DNA of 44,476 bases from Atractiella rhizophila (taxonomy: Eukaryota), in contig MU271194.1 of the NCBI GenBank assembly GCA_021432655.1, forward strand, positions 143,522 through 187,997, in the 5' to 3' direction. The position numbers were made by a program, and so were the translations under genes. Shown here one piece after another: positions 1-19,255 of the stretch. The notes under the pieces were generated by a model that worked only from the letters and a program-made list of their open reading frames with translations, did no database searches and was not told the DNA's origin. Each line of letters opens with the position of its first letter. Position 1 is the stretch's first letter.

Positions 1-1734
1 GGCTTATTTTGCAAGTGTGTCCTGCAACCGATGGCTCTCTGTTCGGCTTGAGGTACGCTTACATGTCTCGTGCATGTTAACATAACCTTTCACATAGTTT
101 CTCGGATCTTGCGTTATTTTGATGGCGGCCGTTTCGTTGGTTTATGCACTGGAGCACAATCATGGCGCTCTCGATGCTGGTTTAGTAGGCATTGTCATGA
201 GCTATGCTCTTAACACAACCCAAAGCCTGAACTGTCCGTTCTTCCACTCTTGTAAGCGGAGCATTTCTGATAGAAATATAAAGGGATCGTCCGCTATGCG
301 ACCGAAGCAGGTTACGACTAACATCCTCTGCAAACCGTCTGACGACTCTGTAGGTCGAGAATAATATTGTCTCTGCAGAGAGGATACAAGAATATGTCGA
401 ACTGAAACCGGAAGCTCCGCTGGTGCGTCTATGTCCATATTTCTCTCTCCCTGCGAAACCAGTTGACAACATCCTACGAATTCAGGTAGTCGAAGGGAAC
501 AGACCTCGAGCATCATGGCCTGAAAATGGAAGGATCCAGTTTAGCCACGTTAACTTGCGTTATCGAGAAGGATTAGATTGTGTGCTGAAGGATGTCAGCT
601 TTGAAGCTGAGCCAGGAATGAAAATCGGGATATGTGGACGGACAGGTACGTTACTTCTCGATCCTGGTTTCCCCATACTGACTGTCAATCTGCAGGTGCT
701 GGAAAAAGCACACTTACAATGGTCAGTCGAGCTGCTTAATTTAGTTGAAACAACTGAAAGCTTGGCGGACTGAAGGCATTGTACCGCATTGTCGAACCTG
801 CCAGCGGGCAGATATTTATCGATGAGGTCGACATCACGAATATTGGTCTCCATGACCTACGTAGCAAGCTGTCCATCATGTCTGTTTTCTCGTGATTCCT
901 CATCGACAACCAACTCACGCCTTAGCAGACCTCAAGACAGTCAGTGTTTCGAGGGAACCTTGAGGGACAATGTGGATCCCACCGGAGAGGCAGACGATGA
1001 TGCAATTTGGAAGGTGATTATTTTGCGTATCGATCGCACAACCGTTACTTATGTTCACATGCACTTAGGCTCTAGAACAAGCTCGTCTGAAGGAACATGT
1101 ACAATCAATGGTGAGTGAGGTCTTTCTGAAATGATGCAGGGAACTGAATTAGGATCGCTACAGAACGGCGAGTTAGACGCAGTGGTCAACGAAGGAGGCA
1201 GCAACCTGTCAGCTGGTCAAAGGTGCCTGCTCCTTCTCATTCATAGTCTGCCTTGCTAAACTGAGCCCAGACAACTGCTTTGCTTAACCCGCGCTCTGCT
1301 TCGCTCCTCCAAAGTGTTGGTATTAGACGAAGCTACTTCCTCGGTGAACAATACTTCCTCTTCCTACCCAGCCCACTGCTGATTCAGTACCGCAAAGGTT
1401 GATCCACAATCGGATGCTGCCATCCAAAATGTGATTCGGAAGGAGTTTGCGGATTGCACCATCCTCGTTATTGCTCATAGGCTGAACACTATTATGGATT
1501 GTGACCGGTGTGTCCCTTATGTCGTTTGCGCTGATTCTTTCTGACTCTTTTGGATAGGATCCTTGTCATGTCTGCAGGAAGGGTAGCAGAATTCGACTCG
1601 CCAGCAAATCTTTTACAGAAAAAGGTATGCCCCGATCTTGATCCATGAGGGGTAGATGCTGACTTTATTCTTTGGTGTGAAAGGACTCAATATTCTATTC
1701 CCTTGCTGTCGAAGCTGGTGTCGCGCAATCGTAG
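1..1734 (+). CDS. ABCC (MRP/YCF1-like) ABC transporter, copy A; 3' part only (end of TMD2 + NBD2), multi-exon
   Basis: Spliced translation gives [17 protein letters not shown]...[33 protein letters not shown]...GICGRTGAGKSTL (Walker A)...[17 protein letters not shown]...[17 protein letters not shown] (signature)...[11 protein letters not shown] (Walker B)...VIAHRLNTI...[16 protein letters not shown], with stop TAG at 1732-1734. The gene begins upstream of the window. Confidence 0.95.
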
Positions 1735-2129
1735 AAGACTGTGATGCCCCGCGTGAATTGCGAGGATGACGTATTACGAGACTCTCAGCATTGAGGATGT
1801 TAGTTAGTACAGATACATGTATTTGCACACCTTTTCGCGAAAATGAAATCCTCCCGTCTTATATAAATTTATGAAAACAGGGTTTGGGTTTGGGTTTCGT
1901 ATTTTGATCTTCAGGATTTCAAATTATGGCGCGGCGTGATTGAACCGACCCGCCAACCTCCACTTCGTTCAAAATCTTTCTGCTTCAGTAAGCGTCCGGT
2001 GTAGTTGCCTGCAGAAACGGCAGCTTCTCCGCGTCGGGGACGAAAAGTTCGAATTCCACAGACTTTTAGCCACAACTCTCAACAAACGACGAGCAACGAG
2101 TTGGCAATTGCGCGTGCAAACAGTTAGCC

Positions 2130-9288
<7,159 letters not shown>

Positions 9289-9746
9289 AAGAGGGATTAC
9301 GGAATGCGCGTGGAGGAAATTGAAAGGAGAAAATTAGACTCTCAACATTGGAAACCCAATGGATAGAGATGGATCAAATAACTGTATCCTTATTCCATTT
9401 AGAGATTACCAGACTCTTATTTTCAAGTATTTCGTCGCCTGCAATGTGCGCTCCTAACCTGGCCGTGTAACAAATGACGCCAGGATAACCCATATGCCTC
9501 CCCCAAGTTTTGTTTTCTCTTCTTTCCCGACTCCCCGGACTCGATTCAGTGCCAGTAACCGTCACATCCACGTCATGTCGCAGGAGTATTCTGTAACACA
9601 GTAGCTGGGTATGCCCACTCTTCCCATTCAACCCTTCCTTGCTTTACTAGAAAGAAGTCACTGCACCGCAAAGCACTTCAAGCTGTGAGCAGACCGTTTC
9701 TACAAGTGAACTCGATGCTAATTTACTTGCTTACAGGTTATATACG

Positions 9747-11051
9747 TTAATCCCCGTCATGTACATTGTTGGTCCCAGTTATTACCAGTCTCTCTGTGCG
9801 ACTCAATCTCGTGACTAAATCCTCAAACCTCTCCTTCTCAGCATCTCGCATTTCTTCCACCCATTGCCCTTCGAAACCGTTGGAAAGCTTCTATTGTTCA
9901 GTTCAGTCTTTTCCTGACGGCGTAGCAGAGCATACCAAGAGAACGCTCAACGCTTCCCTCGTCCTGATTCCTACTTCTTTCGCTTGTATCAAACGCATCC
10001 TGGTCATCCTAACGCCGTCGTAGGCTAGTCTAGCTCTTTCAACCGCCCGCCTGCCACCACAGCATTGTCAACCATACCGTACCAACTGATGGGGGCTAGA
10101 CTTACGCTATTCTTTCACCCTTCCAGTCTTGCTGGACTTGTGAATCCATCAACTTCGAGTCACTTAACCCAACCAACGCCTCGAAACCTGCCTTTGCGGC
10201 TAACTCACTCGTCTTTATCAGATCTTCCAACCGGCGCTCGAGTCGAGGTACATGCGAAACTAGTTTTCTCATTGTGTATTTCCAATTACTGCTCTCTAGC
10301 TAAACCTCTTGGCATGTCAGGTCGTCCTCGCCATGATGAACAAGGAATCATATACCCCTCGTCGAATGTCTTTCACTGCTTGCAAGGCACCAGCCCTGAT
10401 CTCCATTATTCCAACCTGTAAGGTACGGACGGAGTCGCCGTAGTCATCAAACTTGGAAGCGAGTTTATCATCGTGTTTGGAAGAAAGTCGAAGGGTAGTG
10501 CTAAGGAGGTATATATCAGACGCCTTGACCACTTCCACCGCATCTGATGAAGGAGACGAGATATCGAGGACAGTATCAAGGATAAGGTGGGTTGAGTCCA
10601 CTTGATCGAGAATCGTGGAGAGCCCGATATCATGATGCGTGCTGAAGCTGGAAGAGTTGGAAGGAAAGAAAGCTGAAAGAAGCAACGAGAAAAACAACCC
10701 CAGAACCACAGTCACTTTCCATGGTACACTCTTTTGGCTGGTGTTGCGCGCAGCTATCCTCGACCTCCTGCCCATTTCTTCCCTCCATGATTCGTCGCCG
10801 TCTTCTTCTCCCTCGTCAATGCTGGGGGAATATCTCGTCATGTCCATAGGCGACGTGCGGCCAATCACGTAGTCTGTATCTGGACTCTCCGAGCTGCTGA
10901 AGTCCTCCGCAATAGAGTAGCTAGGTGGATCAAGACGGCCTACGGGTGTGGCCGTCATGCTTCCTGATACTGAAGGATAGAAACTTGAGCCATCGCTCAA
11001 AGGTGTAGATGGCAGAGGGATTTTGCAAGGATCTACTAATTCTGAATCCAT
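9747..11051 (-). CDS. Hypothetical protein: Ser/acidic disordered N-terminus, one TM segment, predicted helical/coiled-coil C-terminus (about 4 exons)
   Basis: ORF 10317-11051 has the TM segment VTVVLGLFFSLLLSAFF. Downstream exons were read by hand (LESSNWKYTMRKLVSHVPRLERRLEDLIK...; RARLAYDGVRMTRMRLIQAKE...; KLSNGFEGQWVEEMRDAEKERFEDLVTRLSRTERLVITGTNNVHDGD*) and are separated by GT-AG introns. Stop at 9747-9749. Confidence 0.75.
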
Positions 11052-11345
11052 GGTGCTTGATGGAATAGTCGCGATGAGAGGCTTTTATGATGCGCCATTT
11101 GCCCTTTGCGAACAAGGGAACAAGGGTAGGAACAAGGTTGTTTGATGATGCTCGCGACCTTCTGGCGCCTGATCATTCAACTTTTTGCGAGAGCCTCATG
11201 CAACACTCATGGTCTGCAGCTTTCTTTCACAAAAGATAGTCTCGTTATGCGTGTTTTGTATCGTTACATTGGAGCGCATAGAAATAGAAGCATAGGAGAT
11301 AGCATAGACCATAGTTTCAGAAGGTCAAGTAGGGAAAGCCAGTAT

Positions 11346-12983
11346 TTATCCCCCTACACTCAGTGCCTTGCTAGTGCCTTCCCCAAGTCCGCTTTGCCCA
11401 AGAGCGGGATTCTGTCCCAGCTCGCTCCTAAACCTTTGGGGATCGTGTACCTTGTCGAGAGCGTTCTGAAACTTCACCTACGGCACAGACTTTAGATATT
11501 GTTCAGTAGTAGCCAGGTCAACAAGTCTTACCATGCTGTGGCGTAAAAGTTCTCGTTCTGCTTGTGTTGGTAAACCGTGATCTGCCAAATGGAAAGCTAC
11601 CAGCCCGCGCTGCGCCAATGCTGTCAGTATGACTCCTCAGTACCGAGAAAAGCACTTTAAAGCTATCTGTGTTCTTTGAATGCTATCGAAAACGGTTAGA
11701 AGTCGGCATGAATGAAGGGTGGTGGTGGGGGAGCCTACTGCCAACAAGAGCATCCTAACAGTTTCTAGGTGTCTCAGAGCAATAACGACGTCGTGGAGCG
11801 CGTCTTTCACAAGTTCGAATTCTCGTCTGTTCACTTTTTTAAACCAGGTAAGATGCAACGAAAACAACACACTGCAAGCGCATAAACTCTTGAGTCTTGA
11901 TTTTCCACCATTTGTCTCCCCTGGCATAAGCGTCCCTCAGGTATCCTTTCACAGTTGCCATTTCCTGCCCAAGTTCCTTCCCCAATTCGCTTACAGAGAG
12001 GATGACTGGGAGTGCGATGTCGATGTCGTCCACGAGCTCAGAGAGGGAGCGATCGACGGTTGCAAACATCAGCTCCATATTTCGAGTAAGCGAAGGGAGA
12101 GGGTCCATGTGAGCCGGAGAGTGAAAAAGAGAGATAGACGAGAGTGCGCGATTGAAAAAACTCGGCGCAGGATCCAGAGACTTTTGGTGGATGTGGTCGA
12201 TGACTAGCTCGATGCGCCGATACTGCACAATTTTCATTGCCACCTCCTGGAATTAGGAACAGCACTTACCTCTTGAATAATCCAGCTGAAGGAATTGACG
12301 CCTTTACTGTTAATGGCAATCAATGTATCTTTCACTTCTCTCAACCCATTCCCAAACTCCATTATTCCTTCTCCCAAGGGCTCATGACCTTCGAAGTTGC
12401 TCGTGCCTTTGATAGCAGCCCCATTCTCCCACATGTCAATAGAATGTAGACCCATGTTCTGAGGGTCCGAGAGCGCGACGAAGGAATGAAAGAGATCGCC
12501 AGTTTGGTGTGAATGCTCCGCTGCAAGTTTCGTAATCTGGCTAAGAGCAGGTATTGGAGAGCAAGCACCGAGGTAAAGGGAGCACCGAATGGCGCTAAAG
12601 GAAGTAGCGATGCTGGAGGTGTTCAAAGCGGCCACCCAATTCCCGACTGAAGTAATCGATTGCAACGCCTGAAAAGGGTGCATGACGATTTGGTAAGCGA
12701 CGTGGATGAAGAGGCAAATTGTACAAGCCGCCAGAAGAATCGGGAGTATTGGGAGAAGGAAGGTGAGAATAAAGCGCAGGCAGGCGACGAAAGGTGTGAA
12801 GATTTTATCGAAGATGAAGAAGATGATCTCAAAGAAACTACCACGAACGGTTGAGACATCTTCCCATCCATCGCGATCGCGGTTCGTGGGATGTCGAGTT
12901 TTCCGGTTCGCATTGGAGGATTCTCGCAACTTCCTATATCGTCTCTTCGGGAGCATAGTCCTCGAAGGGTGAGGAGGGAACAT
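11346..12983 (-). CDS. Hypothetical protein: basic N-terminus, hydrophobic TM region, predicted helical bundle (about 6 exons); probable distant paralog of 9747-11051
   Basis: Exon 1 ends ...SFSWIIQE|GTAAGT. Later exons read YRRIELVIDH...KWWKIKTQEF, FKKVNRREFELVKDALHDVVIALRHLETVRMLLLA, HSKNTDSFK, RGLVAFHLADHGLPTQAERELLRHSM and VKFQNALDKV...LSVGG*, mostly with clear GT-AG introns. Stop at 11346-11348. Confidence 0.8.
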
Positions 12984-14624
12984 GGCAAGTCTCTTTCCCT
13001 GTGACCGAGGAGGGCCAGAATTTTCCCCGCTTGGTCCAGTTTCAATCTGTTCTAAAGTGAGCAGGACGACTCAGAGTAGGAGAGCATACCAGGGTGAAGT
13101 CTTCCATCCTGCCTGAGGTAGTTGTGGCGATCCTGGGGGAAAGAATTTGAATCTAGATAGGGCTGGTTCATAATATGTGCTCCCTTGAGCCCTTACACAC
13201 CCTTGCCAAAGGCAAAGGAATGTTTGCGTCGTCTGTATGCAATGGTCGTGGGGGCAACCCGTGGTCTCAGGATACTTTGTCCCTTGTTGGTTCCTTGTTA
13301 GTGTGTTCAGCCAGGAAGTTTGCATTCTAAAAATGCTTCGCCATCAAGATTGTATTAAGGTTGGTGAAACGAGAAAGGCAGAAAAGTCTTGATGCTCTAA
13401 CATTGAGACTCACTTTATCGATAGTTCCGACAGTTTACCGTCGAAAAACTTCAAGATGCGTGCAAAAAGAATGGAAGATACGAACTAAGCCATTTTCATT
13501 TTCATTTCAACCTGGATACAAATTGGTCAGTCACCGACGATTCAGGATGATGAGGCGTCATGATTCTCCCTTGGCCAGATCGGATTTAGGCTAAACGAAC
13601 AGGAACATTCATGTTTGACCGCTTGCTTCGGATACTGTGCTCAACCCTTTGTAAATAACACAAAGTACAATAAAACGTGCGGATTATTCTCTTGTCAATT
13701 GTAAAAGAACCTAAATCGGTCAACAATGTTAATAGTTTGGCCCTCCAAGTCACGCATCTTGTGTCGGGTGAAAACCATGAAGGCTGGGTCCTAATTGAAA
13801 CAAGAGATACCGTTGTTAGGCCGTCGGGACCCAAACCACGCAGCAATTCGCAGCAGCTACAACACAAGGGGCGAGAGCTGAGAAATTAATTCCCCCTTTC
13901 CCTCACGGTCGGAAACACACGTTGAGCTGAAGATATGAAGGTTTATGCGTGCACGATAAATGAGCAGAACGAGAGCTTCAGTCGAGGCCGTTAAAACATC
14001 TGATTCGCCAAAGCATTGACATTCATTTCCAGAAATAGTTTCAACCTTGGTCAACTCGTGACATTTCTCAGAAAAATGCTCCGAGAGGAGTTGCATTGAA
14101 GATGGAAGCAAATCATCGTATCTACCGCCTTTCCCTCAATGAAGAACAGATACGAACGCAAATGATATCAAGTCATCAGCTGCCCAGTCTCCTAACCGCT
14201 CTCACAGGCTTCACCGGACACTGTGCCTCCCAGGGCTCCCACCATAATTCAAGTCTTGGGGAGCACAAAGCACTCCATCCCCCACTCCATCCCCAACTTC
14301 ACGTAGAGGTGTATAGGCTTCGTTCGCAATGATGCATGTTGCTTCTCATCGTTCGTAGTTCCACTGGCATAACACCTTGATGCGTTTGTACGTTTGGCCT
14401 TTGTTCTGTGGATCACGTGGCCATTACAGCATGCAACGACCTTTCATCGCACAGAAGCAGTTCAGGACCAAAAGTTCTTCCCTCAGACGATATCAGATTA
14501 TTAATGGATTAATGAACAACAATCAGACCATCACCATCAACACATGGCTGTTTGGGAGGTAGGATTGAGTGAGGATTGGCTGGAATTAACGTGGCACCGC
14601 CAAGTGAGTGAAATCTTCAAAGAA

Positions 14625-15450
14625 TTATTTTCTGCATCTTTGTTTCCACAATGTAGCTTTTGTATCTGTCTTATGTCGATTCTTAAATTTTAAAACGCAA
14701 CCGTGGTGCTCCAGAAGGAAGCGAGTGCCTTGTACCAGGTTTAGGAGAAGTATGTCATGGTTGACCAAAGTGTTTCGTGGCGGAAATTTTTCTTGATGAC
14801 TGTTCGTCACATACTCGAATTCGTCGTGATCTGGATTTGACGCAAACTTTGGTTTATTTTGTTTGTGAGGAACCACAATGCGACCAAGTGGACAGATGTG
14901 GGAAAATAAGGCTGCTTGCGGCAAATGTCCACAGTGCCTTTGATGTTTACGCAGAGCTTGCTCCTCAATGTACTTCGATTTCATACCAATCTAGAAGCCT
15001 TCCTAGTTCTGTTCATGACATTAATAACCCCTTTGACCTCCATATAAGGTCCAACATGCTCGATGTAATCTCGAGGCATTTCATTCAGCAATCCAAAAAT
15101 GATGCCACCAGCCCACCATGGAGACAGACCCAAAGGGTCATCCGAAGGGGAACCTGCCCAGCGAATTGATTCAAACTGGCCTGCCCTAAATCCCCATTCC
15201 AGGCGATTTTGATCCGGCACAGGGTTTGTTTCTCCAAAGAACTGGCATCTGACTGTACATTCTTCATCCAGGAGACTGTGTAAGGCATCCACCTCTTCTG
15301 TGGTGTAGAATTCCGGAAAGACGGCGGCTAGAAGCACCTGGCGCACTCTTCGCGATCCTAGAATAGGCACGCCATCACATCTTTGCCAAACAATACCTGC
15401 CAAATACTGAGCCCATGGAGCACCAAAAGCCGCACATATGCCAGCGCACC
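14625..15450 (-). pseudogene. Possible degraded coding fragment of unknown family
   Basis: Two abutting frame-shifted ORFs (14981-15403 and 14625-14984) have protein-like composition (APWAQYLAGIVWQRCDGVPILG...LSPWWAGGIIFGLL). No motif confidently recognised. Confidence 0.3.
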
Positions 15451-17922
15451 TTTAACCCTCTCTGGTGATAACGTATAGTTCTGCCCTAGTCCATCGCTCT
15501 GCTGTCCCAGAATCAGTCGTTGCTTGCGCCATCATGTGAGGGGAAAGTACGTTGTGACCGAAACCTTTTGATCGAGAGGTTTTGTTCCTTTCCTGCAACG
15601 AATGCTGACCCTTTGAGGAGCCACACGAGCAACTATATCGCGTTGAACACACTTGAGAGCAGACCATTGTAATAGTGGGCTTCTGTAGTCCATATCGTCT
15701 TCCTGACTTATTTATATAGACAGTTCCTAAACGATGCCGTAGTTGGCGGAGAGCAAGCTGCTGCGTTCATGACATCCTCCATCCTCAATTTTCAAGTGAC
15801 TGCATTGCGTAAAATGCGACAATGAGTCACTCACAACTGGAATAATAAATGTAATAAAACAAGCCTTACAGCTTGTTTCTTCAGCATTTCGGGTTGATTT
15901 GCGTGTACATCCCGAAATCTTGCCTCCAAAAGGTGAGCGACAGCTAGTCCGGTTCTTTGGTTACGACAGCGCGTGATCTGTCATCACATTTCGTTCGTTT
16001 TATAGCCATAGCTATTGGTATATCAGGAATCATATACAGATCATATCGCAATATCCAAAATAACAGCGATTTAGAAGGCGATTCTCTTTCAACCCCATCT
16101 CCCTAAGCTGGGGAAGGCTCGTATATTACTTTGAATTATCCTTCGTGCTTGAGAGCCATTATTGTTTCAGTGCTGTGTTAGAGTGAGCACTAGGGGGGCG
16201 ACTCACGATGTAAATTGCTTCGTGGTCTTTCTGGACCGTAAATGGGTTCTACGCCCTCCCGAAAGCCATATTCGTTTCCTTCAGTCGGATCCGCTGTGTA
16301 TTGATTATTATACTTTCTTCGAGTCCGGCGCTGTAGCTCGTCATCGTAGCGGCTCCCCTTTGGCCTTGGAAATGTGGAAGATGTCCAAGGGTATAGGGGT
16401 GCATCGCTAGCTTCATAATGTGGGTGCATATTCGGATCGTGGACCCTGCCGTTAGGCAAGCTGATCAGAGCTTTACGCGCAACCCTGCCAGATTCGCAAT
16501 GATCAAGAACCTCACGAGCGCGGACAGATGTAAACGAACCATCTCTTAGATTTGGTAACGTTGCTCGAATAGAGGGGATGCAAGCTGACCCAAGGCATTG
16601 TGATGTCTTGATATTCAGTCTTCGAGAAATTTGTAGTGTGGACCCCAGCCTACTCGAACAATTTTCTTCGCAGAGGAATTCTCTTTGGAGGACGAATTCC
16701 CAAGCGGGAGCAAGCTTTTATGCTCGGCGAGGGAGAGAGGAGCCCTTGTACGCAGCATCATCCAGCAAATAATGCCAGTCAAGACGCCTGCCAGGGTAGC
16801 GGAGTTAATCAATGCCAAATCCCATTGTGCAACAAGGAGCTGCAACAAGGAGCTTATACGTTGTCGTCTTTTCGCAGGGGATGAATTGAGATGTTACGTA
16901 TTTAGGCTTCAGAGATCCCTTTGTGAAACAAGCCAGCTTGTCACCTTTTGACCATAATTGCTTTGTTATTTACAATTCCTTATGCTGGTATTCTTTGTGA
17001 TCGTATTACGTTGGACTGCCCCTTGATATATCATTTATTCTAGGTTCTTTATACCCGCTAACCTTGAAAAAGCACTTTGTCGTTATTTACGGTCCCAACA
17101 TCACCTTGTTCCACAAGGAGCATGTAATATGTCGCTTGGTTGCAACTGTCTGTCATTGTCATTATTCCTAGCTAGTAGACTCCCTGTTATTCTTTGGAGA
17201 TCCCTTTGTCATCTCTTTCAGTTTTCTGCATTTTTGGTAAGTACACTGTTAGATTTCAGACTAGCTGATGCCGCACCGCATACTCTAACCTTGCGTTGCA
17301 GAAATGAAACTTTATGACTACCATCTAAAGAACTTTTACCAGAGGGCCAAACTTTCAATGGTTCTTAAACGGTCGGCTATCCATATCTTGTAGTCAAAGG
17401 AGGATTCTCAGTGTGAAGTCTTGAGACTTTATCTCTCCGAGAACACTGTTCTGCTTCATGAGAGGGCGAAGAAGATCTTAACCCTTTCAGGTTTTCTGAT
17501 AATCCCGCGTAATGGGAATACATTCTCTCATTCTCATTTCTTATTGTCATAAGTCACTTCCTTTCTCTTCAAGTTGATGCCGTGACCCCATTTTCGTTCC
17601 CTCGCACACAACCACCACTCTGTAGACTTGTTAGATTGGCTTCTGGCCCTCTTTCTCCGCTTACGAGTCAGCTCGTGCTTTTAGGTCTGTGTCAACAGCC
17701 TGGACCTTTCGTTCGCAGCATTCGTGAATTCTTTGAGTGTTTTAGGTGCGTTTACTTCTTTCTCTCTCACATCTTCATGCTTCTCTCTTATACTATGCAA
17801 AACTGTATTTTAGAATCCGTATTTCGAGCTAGCTGAGGTCCTGTCGACCTTATTTCGTCTCCTTATACCGCGAGTTTTTCGGTGACGTTCCAATGTTTAC
17901 CAATTCCCCATTGATCTGTTGT

Positions 17923-18121
17923 CTTAGGCGACACCGTCCATAGATCCATGTTTAGGCAACACCGTCCATAGATCCATGTTTAGGCAACACCGTCCATAGA
18001 TCCATGTTTAGGCAACACCGTCCATAAGATCCATGTTTAGGCAACACCGTCCATAGATCCATGTTTAGGCAACACCGTCCATAGATCCATGTTTAGGCAA
18101 CACCGTCCATAGATCCATGTT
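17923..18121. repeat. Minisatellite, 7 copies of a 28-bp unit
   Basis: Head-to-tail unit TTTAGGCAACACCGTCCATAGATCCATG. Copy 1 is slightly diverged, copy 4 has one extra A, and there are no spacers. Confidence 0.97.
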
Positions 18122-18160
18122 ATCAAATACAGCTAACAGTAAGCCCAAGCCTACACCGGA

Positions 18161-18960
18161 TGCAATGGGTGGAAACATGGCTGGGTTTCCGATCTGAAGG
18201 GACGGAATCGCCTGTCTAACATCTCTCGCGCGTCGGGTGCTCTGCTTGCCCCCAGATTCATCATGCTCCATCTCCTTCCTCGCCAAAGGAGGCTCTCAAA
18301 AGCTATATACGATCCGTCACTCTTCTTGCCAGTCGTCCACTTCGATCTCGCCGCAAGGCGATGGAGAAAGAGAATGTGTCCTCCGCGTCGCTCTTCCTGT
18401 CGATCCAGACTTCAAGATACTTTCTGAAGTCACCACGCTTACTTTCTTTCGCCAGTTCTCCAAATGGGTACCAGAGGCTTTGGGATATGATGAAGGGAGA
18501 GAGAACGAAATCGGATTGAAATGGACGATGATGAGGAAGGTCGAAGGATTGGCTATGGAGGACTGCTGGAAACCATTGAGTTGGGAAGAGAAAGAAAATG
18601 TAGTAGCAGATGTGCTTACTTTCTTACCTGGTTGTTTGAGAGGAGGTTTGAAGGAATCGGGAGGGGTTGATTCCAGGTAGACAGAATCGTGTTGATGATC
18701 TTCTTCTGGCATAATCACCTCCAATATCCTATCCCTCGCAGTACTTTCACTTTCGAAAGACTGGCTCGATGCCCGCCTCTCCATTTATGCGATTGTCAAT
18801 GAAAGTGAAGCTGAAGGAGTGCAAAAGACACAACGGTGAATTGTGCGGCTGCACAACCTCCTTCCGTTCTCTTCCCATCTTCTGATTCGAACGAAGAAAC
18901 CGCGTTATACCACGATGATCGGTCTTGGCACAATATTCTCCTCTCTCCCTCGCTCAAGAC
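18161..18960 (+). pseudogene. Fungal APH-family (aminoglycoside phosphotransferase/choline kinase-like) phosphotransferase, frameshifted and truncated
   Basis: FLAKGGSQKLYTI...CVLRVALPVDPDFKILSEVTTLTF...VPEALGYD...NEIGLKWTMMRKVEG...LSWEEKENVV, then in another frame TALYHDDRSWHNILL (Brenner-type HxDxxxxN motif). Stops and frameshifts lie between the parts and no C-terminal half is visible. Confidence 0.8.
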
Positions 18961-19255
18961 CCTCTATGCTGACATTCATGTCCAATTCATTCAGCTCACT
19001 TCAAATGCATCGTTTCTTGTTTGTAACAAGCTCTGTCAGCGCCACGTGGTTATCATTTCAGCTTTATCGATTGCGTTGCCACCGATGTCGAATCGAAATC
19101 CGTCTCATCCGCTCCACCTAAGTACGCTCGACGCTGATTACTATCGCGATCGCTGGTGAGGCTTACGCCATCCTATCCTATATCAACACTTTTTCCATTT
19201 CCGTTCAACGTCCAACATCTTCAAGTCAACTCGATTACGATAGCAGTCCCCAACG

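Noticed and set aside
1880..1897. Telomere-like or G-quadruplex GGGTTT x3
   Set aside because: Only three units, not TTAGGG, and three G-tracts are too few for an intramolecular G4.
15360..15410. NB-ARC/NLR GxP-like motif (IVWQRCDGVP)
   Set aside because: No P-loop or Walker B is found upstream, and a single short motif is insufficient.
17923..18121. CRISPR-like array (28-bp repeats)
   Set aside because: The units are head-to-tail with no unique spacers, there are no cas genes, and the context is eukaryotic. It is a minisatellite.
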